The notes: generated from the letters alone by a model not told the origin. A stretch of DNA of 40,089 nt from Coriobacteriia bacterium (GCA_030532415.1 JAUNLE010000003.1:11107-51195); one strand, 5' to 3'; shown: positions 25,382 to 34,076, counted from the stretch's first letter. Numbers and translations are program-made.

Positions 25382-27043
25382 CTAGCTCTCATCCTGTGCA
25401 AGTAATTTCATTTCTTTCACTTTTTTCTCAACTAAAGAAATTAACTCTTGCTGTGATTGGACTTCAAGTTTGTTATAGATATTATATCTATGTGATTTTA
25501 CTGTATTTTTTGATATAAATAATTTTTTATGAATAAACTCTGTATCGCGTCCATGTGAAAGCAACTCAAATACCTCAAGTTGTCTACTCGACAATCCCTG
25601 TTGTTGTGCAATTTCTTTAATGCTTTCTCGCCAGAACTGCGGTGCTTCATACTCTTCAAGTTCCTTATTTTTAAAATTAGCTGGATTCTCAAACGACGAA
25701 CGAACGAAAAAAGTAAATACAAACAAAGCAAACAGACTAAGCAAACAAAAAACCATCAAAGCAAAAGGACCTAGCTTCAATATAATCCAACCGACTATCC
25801 AGCCACATAACATACCAAAAGCATTCCAAAAACGGCCGTGAGCAAATTCTTGAAGCTTGGGAAGCTTATACGTTTGAATGATTAATGCAATTTTCCATAA
25901 GTTCAATATGTCATAACAAGCAAAACAAATTGCAAATAAAGCATACGTTAAATATTTATACTCATCAAAAATATAAGGAGTTAGCAATAGAACTAACACT
26001 TCAACGCTAAGCAATATTCTGAAAATATTGTCTATTGAAATATATTTAAAAAAATGAAACCAATATAACAATAATAGCGAACCTGGCAAAAGCATAGAGA
26101 TGTACAAATACTGGTTTTCTTCAGATGCAAAATTAGCTCCTATACAAAGCATTGTTGCGAAGACAAATGCATAGAAAAATATCTCTAGGCCAAAATAAGG
26201 AAAAGAAAAGACTTTCCCATCAGAGTCATAATTTTCAAGCTTAATGTAATTCGATACATATATATCAATTGAACGTGTTAATCTATTACGAACTTTTCTT
26301 TCTTCACAAATCTCGACTTTCACATTTTTGTTTTGCCAGTTTGAGACTTCCGTATGTTCTGTGACAGACAGGTCAAGAGGATCTTCGTTCGTCTTTTTAT
26401 CATTTTGCACAAATAATTTTAATTGGCTTTGCCGAAATACATGATATATCAAGATCAGAAAAACCAAGCAGACTAACAGTGCTAGTGAAACCACAAATTG
26501 ATTTTGATTAGATAACAAAATATACAGTAAGGAAGTTAATATTAAACCAAAACTTACAATATAAGCAATATCATCACGGTGGAGGGCTGTGAGAATATGA
26601 CCCATCGCAAGCAGAGCGGCTGCCAACGTAGTGCCTGTTAGATACCAAGATATAACTATGAAAGGAAGTGGCAAAATAACATTACCATTAAGAAAATTTA
26701 ATATTGAAGGCATAATAAAAAGTAAAAGTGATCCAATCATAAAGATATATGCAGGAATGAGAAACTTTTCAGTCTTTATTTTCTTATTAAAATGCCAAAA
26801 TATTGCTAGGAACACAGTTGATCCAAAAAAAGCAGACCCTTTTAAAATAATGCTGATATGCTCAAACTCAGTTGGATACACATTGAAAATATCAGTATGA
26901 TAAATCAGGAACATCAGGACCCAATAAAATGTAAAAATTAGAAAACCTAAAACATTATATGGGGTAATAAAACAAAAAACTCCATCAAAAGCCTCATTAT
27001 CTATAGAATTATTTGATTGAGTCACGTCTTTTTGCATTTTCAT
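25382..27043 (-). CDS. Polytopic-membrane LuxR-family one-component regulator
   Basis: 553-aa ORF with about 12-14 hydrophobic helices, interrupted by a soluble loop of about 80 aa. The C-terminal LSSRQLEVFELLSHGRDTEFIHKKLFISKNTVKSHRYNIYNKLEV is a LuxR HTH. Confidence 0.85.
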   Translation of the reverse strand: MKMQKDVTQSNNSIDNEAFDGVFCFITPYNVLGFLIFTFYWVLMFLIYHTDIFNVYPTEFEHISIILKGSAFFGSTVFLAIFWHFNKKIKTEKFLIPAYIFMIGSLLLFIMPSILNFLNGNVILPLPFIVISWYLTGTTLAAALLAMGHILTALHRDDIAYIVSFGLILTSLLYILLSNQNQFVVSLALLVCLVFLILIYHVFRQSQLKLFVQNDKKTNEDPLDLSVTEHTEVSNWQNKNVKVEICEERKVRNRLTRSIDIYVSNYIKLENYDSDGKVFSFPYFGLEIFFYAFVFATMLCIGANFASEENQYLYISMLLPGSLLLLYWFHFFKYISIDNIFRILLSVEVLVLLLTPYIFDEYKYLTYALFAICFACYDILNLWKIALIIQTYKLPKLQEFAHGRFWNAFGMLCGWIVGWIILKLGPFALMVFCLLSLFALFVFTFFVRSSFENPANFKNKELEEYEAPQFWRESIKEIAQQQGLSSRQLEVFELLSHGRDTEFIHKKLFISKNTVKSHRYNIYNKLEVQSQQELISLVEKKVKEMKLLAQDES

Positions 27044-27196
27044 ACTAGCATCTACTGGTATTTTCGGGTATACATTAGTTTCAATGATACCTTACAATCA
27101 TTTAGTTATAAGCTGCTTAGATAAATTGAATTATTGTTAGCATACAAAAACTAAAGTTTCTATTAATTTAACCGTCTTACCAGAAAGGAGAAAAAG

Positions 27197-27376
27197 ATGT
27201 GCGGATATGCATGCATACAATGCGGTCGATGCGGCAAAAAAGTTTCAAAAATCTCTAAAAACACTTTTCACGTAGCTGGCCTCTGTGAAGCCTGTGGAAC
27301 ATTGAATAGCCCGAGCGCAAAAATTTGTAAGAAATGTAGCCAGGATCTTATTTCTCCAGCTAAACAGCATAATTAA
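27197..27376 (+). CDS. Uncalled 59-aa Cys-rich zinc-ribbon-like small protein
   Basis: My manual translation gives MCGYACIQCGRCGKKVSKISKNTFHVAGLCEACGTLNSPSAKICKKCSQDLISPAKQHN (9 Cys). Strong RBS AAAGGAGA lies 6 nt upstream. It is one residue under the ORF-track cutoff. Confidence 0.55.
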   Translation: MCGYACIQCGRCGKKVSKISKNTFHVAGLCEACGTLNSPSAKICKKCSQDLISPAKQHN

Positions 27377-27587
27377 TACCCGCGGTATGAGGTAATTTTT
27401 TCTATAATCTACCTGATTTCATCTTCTCGGACCATAGCGGACCCCCTCGAACTTCCTCATAGTAAGAAGCACCTAAGTTTGTAAAGTGCTGCGATAGGCT
27501 TTGTAAAAAGTCAATCAAGCCAATTGGTCAAAAGCCCAAAACACGAGCTTCTGGCCATTCTATGAAGTTGCTATTGGAGGAGGAACC

Positions 27588-29819
27588 ATGGAAGACAAGG
27601 GATACACATTTGTTCCCCATGAAAAGCCGTTTAAGTATACGGAAGACGGCTTAAAAGTAACACGGGGCAGCGCCTGGACTGGTCCTGGCTGTCACATTGG
27701 ATGCGGCGTACTTTTATACACTGATGAAAATGACAAGCTTGTCAAGGTAGAGGGAGATCCTGAAAACCCCTTTAACGAAGGCAGACTGTGTGCTCGTTGT
27801 TTAGCACTGCCAGAAACGGTTAACCACGAAGACCGCCTGAAGTACCCTATGAAACGAAGCAGAGACGACCGCGGTAAAGACAAGTGGGAACGCATTTCAT
27901 GGGAAGAAGCACTTGATACGATTGCCGACAAGCTCATTGATATCCGAGATACATATGGCCCTGAAACTGTGGCTTTCTATCAGGGTACTGGCCGTGATAT
28001 TGCTGCTTGGATTACCCGTTTATGCTGGTCATACGGTAGCCCAAACTACATCTTCGGTATGTCTGGTATGTCTTGCTACCTTCCTCGTGTTGCAGGATGT
28101 TTTGCAACGACTGGCTCATTTTGGTTAGGAGACTATTCACAACAATTTGCCCAGCGATACAAAGACCCTCGTTGGAAGCGTCCTGACGTTATTTTGTTGT
28201 GGGGTAATAACCCAGTCGTTTCCAATTCCGACGGTCTTTATGGTCACTGGGTTGTCGACCTCATGAAGATGGGAACGAAGTTTATTACCGTTGACCCTCG
28301 CCGCACCTGGTTAGCCAGCAAGTCAGAGCAATTCTGCCAAATCAGACCTGGAACCGACGCTGCGCTAGCAATGGGCATGCTTAAAGTCATTATTGATGAA
28401 GAACTCTACGACCATGACTTCGTAGACAAGTGGTGTTATGGTTTTGACGAACTTGCAGAGCGAGTAAGAGAATTTACTCCTGAAAAAGTAGAGCATATCA
28501 CTAATGTTCCTGCTGAGACGATGAAAGAAGCTGCTCGTTTGTTTGCTAAAGCAGACAGCGCAATCGTTCAATGGGGCCTTGCTGTTGATACTACAAAAGA
28601 GGCACTTCCTGCTTGTCAAGCAATTTCTGCACTTTTTGAAATCACTGGCAATATTGACAATCCTGGTGGAATGATTTCGCCTCCTTCAATTCTCTACTAC
28701 GCAGGTGGTTGGGGCGATGAGTTCTTAGATCCTGAGGTTGCAAAGAAACGTATTGGTCTTGATAAATATTCGCTCTTAAACTTTGGTTTCCAAGTTGCAT
28801 CAACCGACGAAATGCTTAAGACGATTGAAACGAAACAGCCCTATGAGATGCGCGCAGCTTGGTTGCAAACCACAAACTTCCTTACCTGTACTGCCCCAGA
28901 TCCTCATAGAACAATCAAGGCATTTAGAAACCTTGATTTCATCGTGGGCGTTGACCTCTTTATGACCCCAACTTTAATGGCACTTGCAGATATTGTTCTA
29001 CCTGCAGCAACCTATGCTGAGCGCGATGGTTTGCGAGTGGGCGACGGTGTACAACGCGGTGAGGCTATCAACAAAGTCACGCAAGTTGGAGAAGCTAAAT
29101 CTGATATGGAAATCAACCTGCTTTTAGGCAAAAGACTTCGCCCCGAAGCATGGCCATGGGATAACGTACGTGATATGTTCAGCTACATCCTTGAAGATGC
29201 AGGCGTAGGTATGAACTTTGATGAACTTCAAGAACACGCTCCTGCCTACATTCCTTTTGAATACTACAAGTATAAAAAAGGACTACTCAGAGCTGATGGA
29301 AAACCAGGATTTGAAACTCCTACAGGGCGTATCGAGCTGTGGAGTAACTTCTACAATAACGCCGGTCTTGACCCGCTCCCCTACTTTGAAGAACCAAGCC
29401 CTGGTCCACTTTCAACGCCAGAACTCCTTGATGAATATCCACTTGTGTTAACCACAGGCGCACGAGACTTCACCATTTTCCACTCTGAAAGCCGTCAGAT
29501 AGAGCACCTGCGTGCTGTTCACCCTGACCCAATCGTTCAGGTAAACCCAGCAACTTGTCGCACCTATGGCATCAGTGAGGGCGACTGGGTTTGGATTGAA
29601 AATGATCGTGGTCGCTGCAAGAGAAAAGTTGAAGAAACGTTAATTGTTGATGAGAATACTATTTCAACTGATCACGCATGGTGGTTCCCAGAAGGTGATC
29701 CAGAAAACCTCTACGATGTATTCGATTTGAACATTAACAATTTATTTCAATACATTCCTGGTAAATCTGGCTTCGGGTGTAACTACAAGACTCTGTTATG
29801 TAAGATTTACAAAGCTTAG
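27588..29819 (+). CDS. Molybdopterin oxidoreductase, DMSO reductase family, cytoplasmic type (MoOx-3)
   Basis: 743-aa ORF with RBS GGAGGAGG, RLKYPMKRSRDDRGKDKWERISWEEALDTIA and a normal C-terminal end TLLCKIYKA. The FS0 motif is incomplete (GPGCHIGCG...C). No Tat signal. Confidence 0.9.
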   Translation: MEDKGYTFVPHEKPFKYTEDGLKVTRGSAWTGPGCHIGCGVLLYTDENDKLVKVEGDPENPFNEGRLCARCLALPETVNHEDRLKYPMKRSRDDRGKDKWERISWEEALDTIADKLIDIRDTYGPETVAFYQGTGRDIAAWITRLCWSYGSPNYIFGMSGMSCYLPRVAGCFATTGSFWLGDYSQQFAQRYKDPRWKRPDVILLWGNNPVVSNSDGLYGHWVVDLMKMGTKFITVDPRRTWLASKSEQFCQIRPGTDAALAMGMLKVIIDEELYDHDFVDKWCYGFDELAERVREFTPEKVEHITNVPAETMKEAARLFAKADSAIVQWGLAVDTTKEALPACQAISALFEITGNIDNPGGMISPPSILYYAGGWGDEFLDPEVAKKRIGLDKYSLLNFGFQVASTDEMLKTIETKQPYEMRAAWLQTTNFLTCTAPDPHRTIKAFRNLDFIVGVDLFMTPTLMALADIVLPAATYAERDGLRVGDGVQRGEAINKVTQVGEAKSDMEINLLLGKRLRPEAWPWDNVRDMFSYILEDAGVGMNFDELQEHAPAYIPFEYYKYKKGLLRADGKPGFETPTGRIELWSNFYNNAGLDPLPYFEEPSPGPLSTPELLDEYPLVLTTGARDFTIFHSESRQIEHLRAVHPDPIVQVNPATCRTYGISEGDWVWIENDRGRCKRKVEETLIVDENTISTDHAWWFPEGDPENLYDVFDLNINNLFQYIPGKSGFGCNYKTLLCKIYKA

Positions 29820-29836
29820 AAGCATAGGAGATTAAG

Positions 29837-30169
29837 ATGGCTAAATATGGGATACTTGTTGACTTCGAATGGTGCACCGGTTGCCATACATGCGAAGTTG
29901 CCTGTCAAATGGAAAATCATCTTCCCACCGACCGTTTTGGAGTTAAGCTTGCTGCCTTAGGTCCTTGGGAAATAAGTAAGAATAACTGGCAACACGATAA
30001 CATTCCACTTTTTACAAATGAGTGTAATCTATGTGCTCATCGTGTAGCAAAGGGCAAAGAACCTACTTGCGTAAAGCACTGTCAATCAAAATGCCTTGTG
30101 TTTGGAACGGTTGATGAACTTAAAGAAAAGATGACTGATAAATCTCGTCAGATGCTCTTTATACCTTAA
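29837..30169 (+). CDS. Miniature Fe-S beta subunit (4Fe-4S ferredoxin-type)
   Basis: 110-aa ORF with RBS AGGAGA. It has CTGCHTCEVAC (group-I motif) and CNLCAHRVAKGKEPTCVKHC (group-IV-type motif of DmsB/PsrB-like proteins). The two central cluster motifs are absent. Confidence 0.75.
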   Translation: MAKYGILVDFEWCTGCHTCEVACQMENHLPTDRFGVKLAALGPWEISKNNWQHDNIPLFTNECNLCAHRVAKGKEPTCVKHCQSKCLVFGTVDELKEKMTDKSRQMLFIP

Positions 30170-30179
30170 ATCCTGATCC

Positions 30180-30226
30180 AAGAAAGAGAGTTTTATAACA
30201 AAGATAAAGCTCTCTTTCTTTTATTT
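30180..30226 (+). terminator. Rho-independent terminator
   Basis: Perfect 11-bp stem AAGAAAGAGAG / CTCTCTTTCTT with a 19-nt loop, followed by TTATTT. Confidence 0.6.
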
Positions 30227-30312
30227 AAAAAGGTACTATTATTAATTGAGGGGGAATTAGGTCTATGAGGATCTAATTTAAAAGGGAAATATAATAAAAA
30301 AGGGGAGAAAAA

Positions 30313-31101
30313 ATGGACAGCTCTGTCAATCATGGAAAAAATTTGGCCATGGCGTTTTTATTTGGAGGGACCTTTGCGCTTATTGGACAAATTATTTTAT
30401 CACTGGTAGCTCCTATTTCAGGACCGGCATTCGCAGGACCCATTACCTTACTGTGCTTTGGTGTTATCGCCTTAGTCATGTACATCCCAGGCATTCATCA
30501 CAAACTAGCACCATTAGCTGGCTTTGGTCTTATTTTGCCTTTTAATGGATTTGCAAGCGGTATTGCAGATGCATTTCAAGCAGGCTACCTTCCAAAAAAG
30601 GATTTCTCATCAGGTCTTCGCTCAGCTCTTAAACTTTTCTTTATAGTCATTGGTATCGGTGGACTTATAGACTTTCTTGCTGGAGTATTTGGATTTTACG
30701 TAAGTCTTCCGCAAATTACTCCGCCAGAAGCTCTTACTGGCGTTGCAGCTTTGATTGGAGCCTTCCTCGTAGGTGGAGGACTTTGCGTGGTGTTCCAGCT
30801 CTTTTTAGAGTTCACAAAGGTTCCTGTACCAGTGCTGCTTGTTTGCGGTTTAGCCTTAGGTGGTATTTGCACCTTATTCGGATTAACCGATATACTAGCT
30901 TCTCTTGGTGGTGGCGGATTTACCATCTTAGTTGTTGGAGCAGGACAGGCCGTCACTCTTACGACGATGCTTTTAATGCAAGGTCAACCCATGATGCTTT
31001 TGCTCGTGCTCTCAATTTTTGTAACCTTGTTCGTCGTGGGTATTATCTGCGCACTTGGAAATGCTGCTCTCAAACCATCTGACAATACAAAAACCGCATA
31101 G
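30313..31101 (+). CDS. Membrane protein with two tandem SpoVAC/SpoVAEB-like domains
   Basis: 262-aa ORF. AFLFGGTFALIGQ...AGFGLILPFNGFASG is followed by a second copy, AFLVGGGLCVVFQ...GGGGFTILVVGAGQA. Both resemble the SpoVAC/SpoVAEB signature (FLVGGxICxIGQ...AGAGxxVPxxGF, from memory). RBS AAGGGGAG. Confidence 0.55.
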   Translation: MDSSVNHGKNLAMAFLFGGTFALIGQIILSLVAPISGPAFAGPITLLCFGVIALVMYIPGIHHKLAPLAGFGLILPFNGFASGIADAFQAGYLPKKDFSSGLRSALKLFFIVIGIGGLIDFLAGVFGFYVSLPQITPPEALTGVAALIGAFLVGGGLCVVFQLFLEFTKVPVPVLLVCGLALGGICTLFGLTDILASLGGGGFTILVVGAGQAVTLTTMLLMQGQPMMLLLVLSIFVTLFVVGIICALGNAALKPSDNTKTA

Positions 31102-31138
31102 GATACCTTCTTGTAAAAACTAAAACGAATTTCTTTTG

Positions 31139-31168
31139 GCAGCTCTCTTTTCTGAGGGCTGCTTTTTT
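31139..31168 (+). terminator. Rho-independent terminator
   Basis: Stem GCAGCTCTC / GAGGGCTGC (9 bp, 1 mismatch) followed by T6. Confidence 0.65.
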
Positions 31169-31316
31169 ATACTCGCTCCTTTAAAAATTCAACCCAAATT
31201 TCAACCAAAAGTATCTTGTTTTTCAATTGAAAATAGGTTTCGGTTTTCTGCCGTAATGATATAGAATTGATACGGAAGTTTTACGTTAGCGGCAATGGGT
31301 TTAAACACACAGCGAA

Positions 31317-34076
31317 ATGACCCTCTATGATAGGTTCAGTATGTCGAACAACAATAAAGGAATAGAAGCTATTTCTTCAAGTCAAAAAAACATTACTCCT
31401 CTCCTAACCAAGTTTATTGCGCCTCAAGTTCCGAATAACTACTTTAAACGGGAAAATGTCTTTAAGGTTTTGCTTCAAGGTCTGAAACGTCGCTACACAC
31501 TGATAAGCGCGTCAGACGGATACGGAAAAAGCTCGGCTTTAGCTTATTTCAGTAAAACAATGAAGGAAGAAGGTTACCCCGTACTTTGGTTTAGTGTGGG
31601 CGAAAAAGACAATAATCCTGAATATTTTTGGACACAGTTTTTCTATTTGCTAGAGAATTTTGCTGAAACTACTCGTAATCAATCAAGTGACATAGCTCTT
31701 AGGACCACAAACGAAGAGCTAAGTTCCCAAGAACATGCGCATGATAGCCGAAAACTTAAACTAGCCAATGAGCTTAGTGCAATTGCCGGACAATTAAATG
31801 ACATCATTTTGATTATCGATAACTTTGAGCTTCTAAGCGAGGAAGATCTTGTAAGTGAGTTCATAGACTTTACCGCACTGTTCTCAAGCCACATACACAT
31901 TTATTTATCTTCACGCTATGCATTCAAGGTATCCTTGCTTAAGTCAAGTCACATAGAATTGTTGTACACGAATATTGATGAGCAAGATCTTGAATTTACG
32001 GTGGATGAAACCACCGACTTTGCCCAGCAATTCTATGGTTTAGATTTGAGTAAAGATGCCAGTAAACTCTTGTTAGAAAAAACGGGTAACTGGCCTTTCG
32101 CTATAAACATTTCTCTTGAGCAAGCTCAACGAACGGGCAATCCGCTTGAATTTTTAGAGAATCTTAACGCCTTAACCGAGCCGTTTAACAGCTTTTTTAA
32201 GCATAATGTTTTCGAGCAATTACCCAAAGACATTCAAGATTTTGTTATAAAAACATCCATCTTAGATACGCTATCCGTACAAATTTGTGATTATATATTA
32301 AATGAAAATAATTCTGAAGCGGCAATTTCGTATCTTTTTGATCGAAACATCGTCCAAAAATCTTATGACGACTATCAAGAACGATACTCCTATCGTCCAT
32401 TCTTTGAAGACTGGGTAAAGCATCAAATGACACAGCTCTTACCCGAACAAGCTCGTCGTCTTAACCTTTTAGCTTCTCAATGGTATCAGGGTCACAACGA
32501 TATCGTTAAAGCGGCAAAATTTATTACTCACGCTGTAAACAGAAAAGATCTTACTCGACTTGTAGCAAGCATCTTTCCTAGCCAGCCTATGAGCACGCTT
32601 GAGCTATATTACTCTCAAAAAGATATTCAATCCTTTGAAGACGTTACTGTTCAGTTTTGCCTTCTTGCTGCTTGGGCATATCTTTTATTAGCAAATATAA
32701 GCGATGCAGAATTTTGGATATACGAAGCCAAACAGCTATCAAAGGATAGTGAAAATTTACAGACTAAGGTTTTGATGCAGGTTATCCATGCTAAAAAATT
32801 AGGCTTGATTAATAAATTTAAAGAAAGCTTGGAAATTGTTGAAACCTTGCTTAATAATAAGAACCTAACTGAAGATACTGCTTTGCATATCATGGTGCTT
32901 AACTGTGCTGCTGAGGCTTATCATCAAAGTGGAAATATTACTGAAGCGATTAATTATTATCAAAATATTAGAACCTTATGCAAACACTATAACTTTACCT
33001 TTATTGAATCAATTAACGAATATGAATTTGCAAGCTTGTATTGTTCACTCGGGCAACTTGGTCAAGCAACTGAAATGTCTCGCTATACCGTTACCTCATT
33101 CCCAGTAGATTATCCCGCATACGCCTCTTCACTGGCACTCTTATCATATATTGAGCTTCTCCATGGTAATTATCAGGAATCTAAAAATCACCTGTGCGCA
33201 TCAACTGAGCATTTATCTGAGAATAACAACCTAGATATGTATATGGACGTACAGGCTACTATGGCGCTGTATTACTTGGCTACCTCAAACAAGACGAAAG
33301 CGCATCGGGTAATTCAAGAACTCAAGGCTTTTGCTTACACTTCAAATAAATCCATTCCGCGCGGCGCTTCTGCAAGAATTTACTTTTTAGAAGCCCTGTT
33401 AGCGTATGTGGATAACAAGCACTATTCAGAAATTCTTGAGATACGAAAGATATTTGAGGACTTCAAAATTACAAGTACTCACTATATTGAATCTGCTTGG
33501 AATATTCTGCTCATTGTGTCAGACAGCAATTCCGATCAAAAAGACAAGATTGAAAAACTTAGCAAAGCTATTGATGATACAGAAGTAAGCTCCTATAAAA
33601 TACTTTCAATTTTTGCCAGATTATTCTTAGCAGGAATATGGTTTGAAAATCATAAGTTTGCAAAGAGTTTTGAGCTTATCAAACAAGCCGTAGATATGGC
33701 ATTATCTGAACAAATCTATCTACCTTTTATTTTTATTTCTCAAAAACAAAGAAATATGTTCATCAAATATATTAATCAGGTGCGCCCAGAGTATGCACAG
33801 CTTGTCTTTATCAGAAGTTTCCTCCAAAGATCAAGTATGTTCGAGCAAGATGATTCTAAAGATATTTGCGAAACTGTATCGGTTCTTACAAAACGAGAAA
33901 AAGAGATTTTAGAGCTCTTACAAACAGGTTTTAACCAACAAGAGATCTCTCAAGAGCTACAGGTCTCGGTAAGTACTATCAAGTCTCATTTGTCACATAT
34001 TTACACGAAATTTAATGTGCATGGACAAAATGAATTGTTGGAGAAAACACAAAATTTAAAGGCACGCTGTAAATAA
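31317..34076 (+). CDS. MalT-like LuxR-family transcriptional regulator (second copy)
   Basis: 919-aa ORF with Walker A SASDGYGKSS (MalT-like APAGYGKT) and a long helical/TPR-like middle. The C-terminal LTKREKEILELLQTGFNQQEISQELQVSVSTIKSHLSHIYTKFNV is a LuxR HTH. The start codon has no obvious RBS. Confidence 0.85.
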   Translation: MTLYDRFSMSNNNKGIEAISSSQKNITPLLTKFIAPQVPNNYFKRENVFKVLLQGLKRRYTLISASDGYGKSSALAYFSKTMKEEGYPVLWFSVGEKDNNPEYFWTQFFYLLENFAETTRNQSSDIALRTTNEELSSQEHAHDSRKLKLANELSAIAGQLNDIILIIDNFELLSEEDLVSEFIDFTALFSSHIHIYLSSRYAFKVSLLKSSHIELLYTNIDEQDLEFTVDETTDFAQQFYGLDLSKDASKLLLEKTGNWPFAINISLEQAQRTGNPLEFLENLNALTEPFNSFFKHNVFEQLPKDIQDFVIKTSILDTLSVQICDYILNENNSEAAISYLFDRNIVQKSYDDYQERYSYRPFFEDWVKHQMTQLLPEQARRLNLLASQWYQGHNDIVKAAKFITHAVNRKDLTRLVASIFPSQPMSTLELYYSQKDIQSFEDVTVQFCLLAAWAYLLLANISDAEFWIYEAKQLSKDSENLQTKVLMQVIHAKKLGLINKFKESLEIVETLLNNKNLTEDTALHIMVLNCAAEAYHQSGNITEAINYYQNIRTLCKHYNFTFIESINEYEFASLYCSLGQLGQATEMSRYTVTSFPVDYPAYASSLALLSYIELLHGNYQESKNHLCASTEHLSENNNLDMYMDVQATMALYYLATSNKTKAHRVIQELKAFAYTSNKSIPRGASARIYFLEALLAYVDNKHYSEILEIRKIFEDFKITSTHYIESAWNILLIVSDSNSDQKDKIEKLSKAIDDTEVSSYKILSIFARLFLAGIWFENHKFAKSFELIKQAVDMALSEQIYLPFIFISQKQRNMFIKYINQVRPEYAQLVFIRSFLQRSSMFEQDDSKDICETVSVLTKREKEILELLQTGFNQQEISQELQVSVSTIKSHLSHIYTKFNVHGQNELLEKTQNLKARCK

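Noticed and set aside
25326-25385. 19-codon plus-strand ORF (MKKCLRTSKLSRLFSFDLY) with AAGGGG upstream, in the locus-2 promoter region
   Set aside because: It is very short and overlaps the stop of the membrane LuxR gene. The apparent RBS is the reverse complement of promoter-region sequence, and nothing supports coding.
27197-27376. The Cys-rich 59-aa ORF as a RiPP precursor for the radical SAM enzyme at 19869-21173
   Set aside because: The radical SAM gene is about 6 kb away, on the other strand and in a different operon. It lacks an obvious SPASM or RiPP-recognition architecture. The peptide's paired CxxC spacing fits a zinc ribbon better than a leader-core precursor.
27409-27587. Possible Moco or other riboswitch in the long 5' leaders of the Mo enzyme genes (also 10563-10680)
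   Set aside because: I could not identify the conserved Moco-motif helices, or any convincing multi-stem structure with a terminator or sequestrator. Only short 4-5-bp hairpins are visible. A covariance-model scan (Rfam Moco_RNA_motif) would be needed to revisit this.
27562-27654. 30-codon out-of-frame upstream ORF (MKLLLEEEPWKTRD...) overlapping the RBS and start of MoOx-3
   Set aside because: There is no Shine-Dalgarno sequence before its ATG, and its sequence is simply the frame-shifted reading of the MoOx-3 RBS and N-terminus. It is probably fortuitous.
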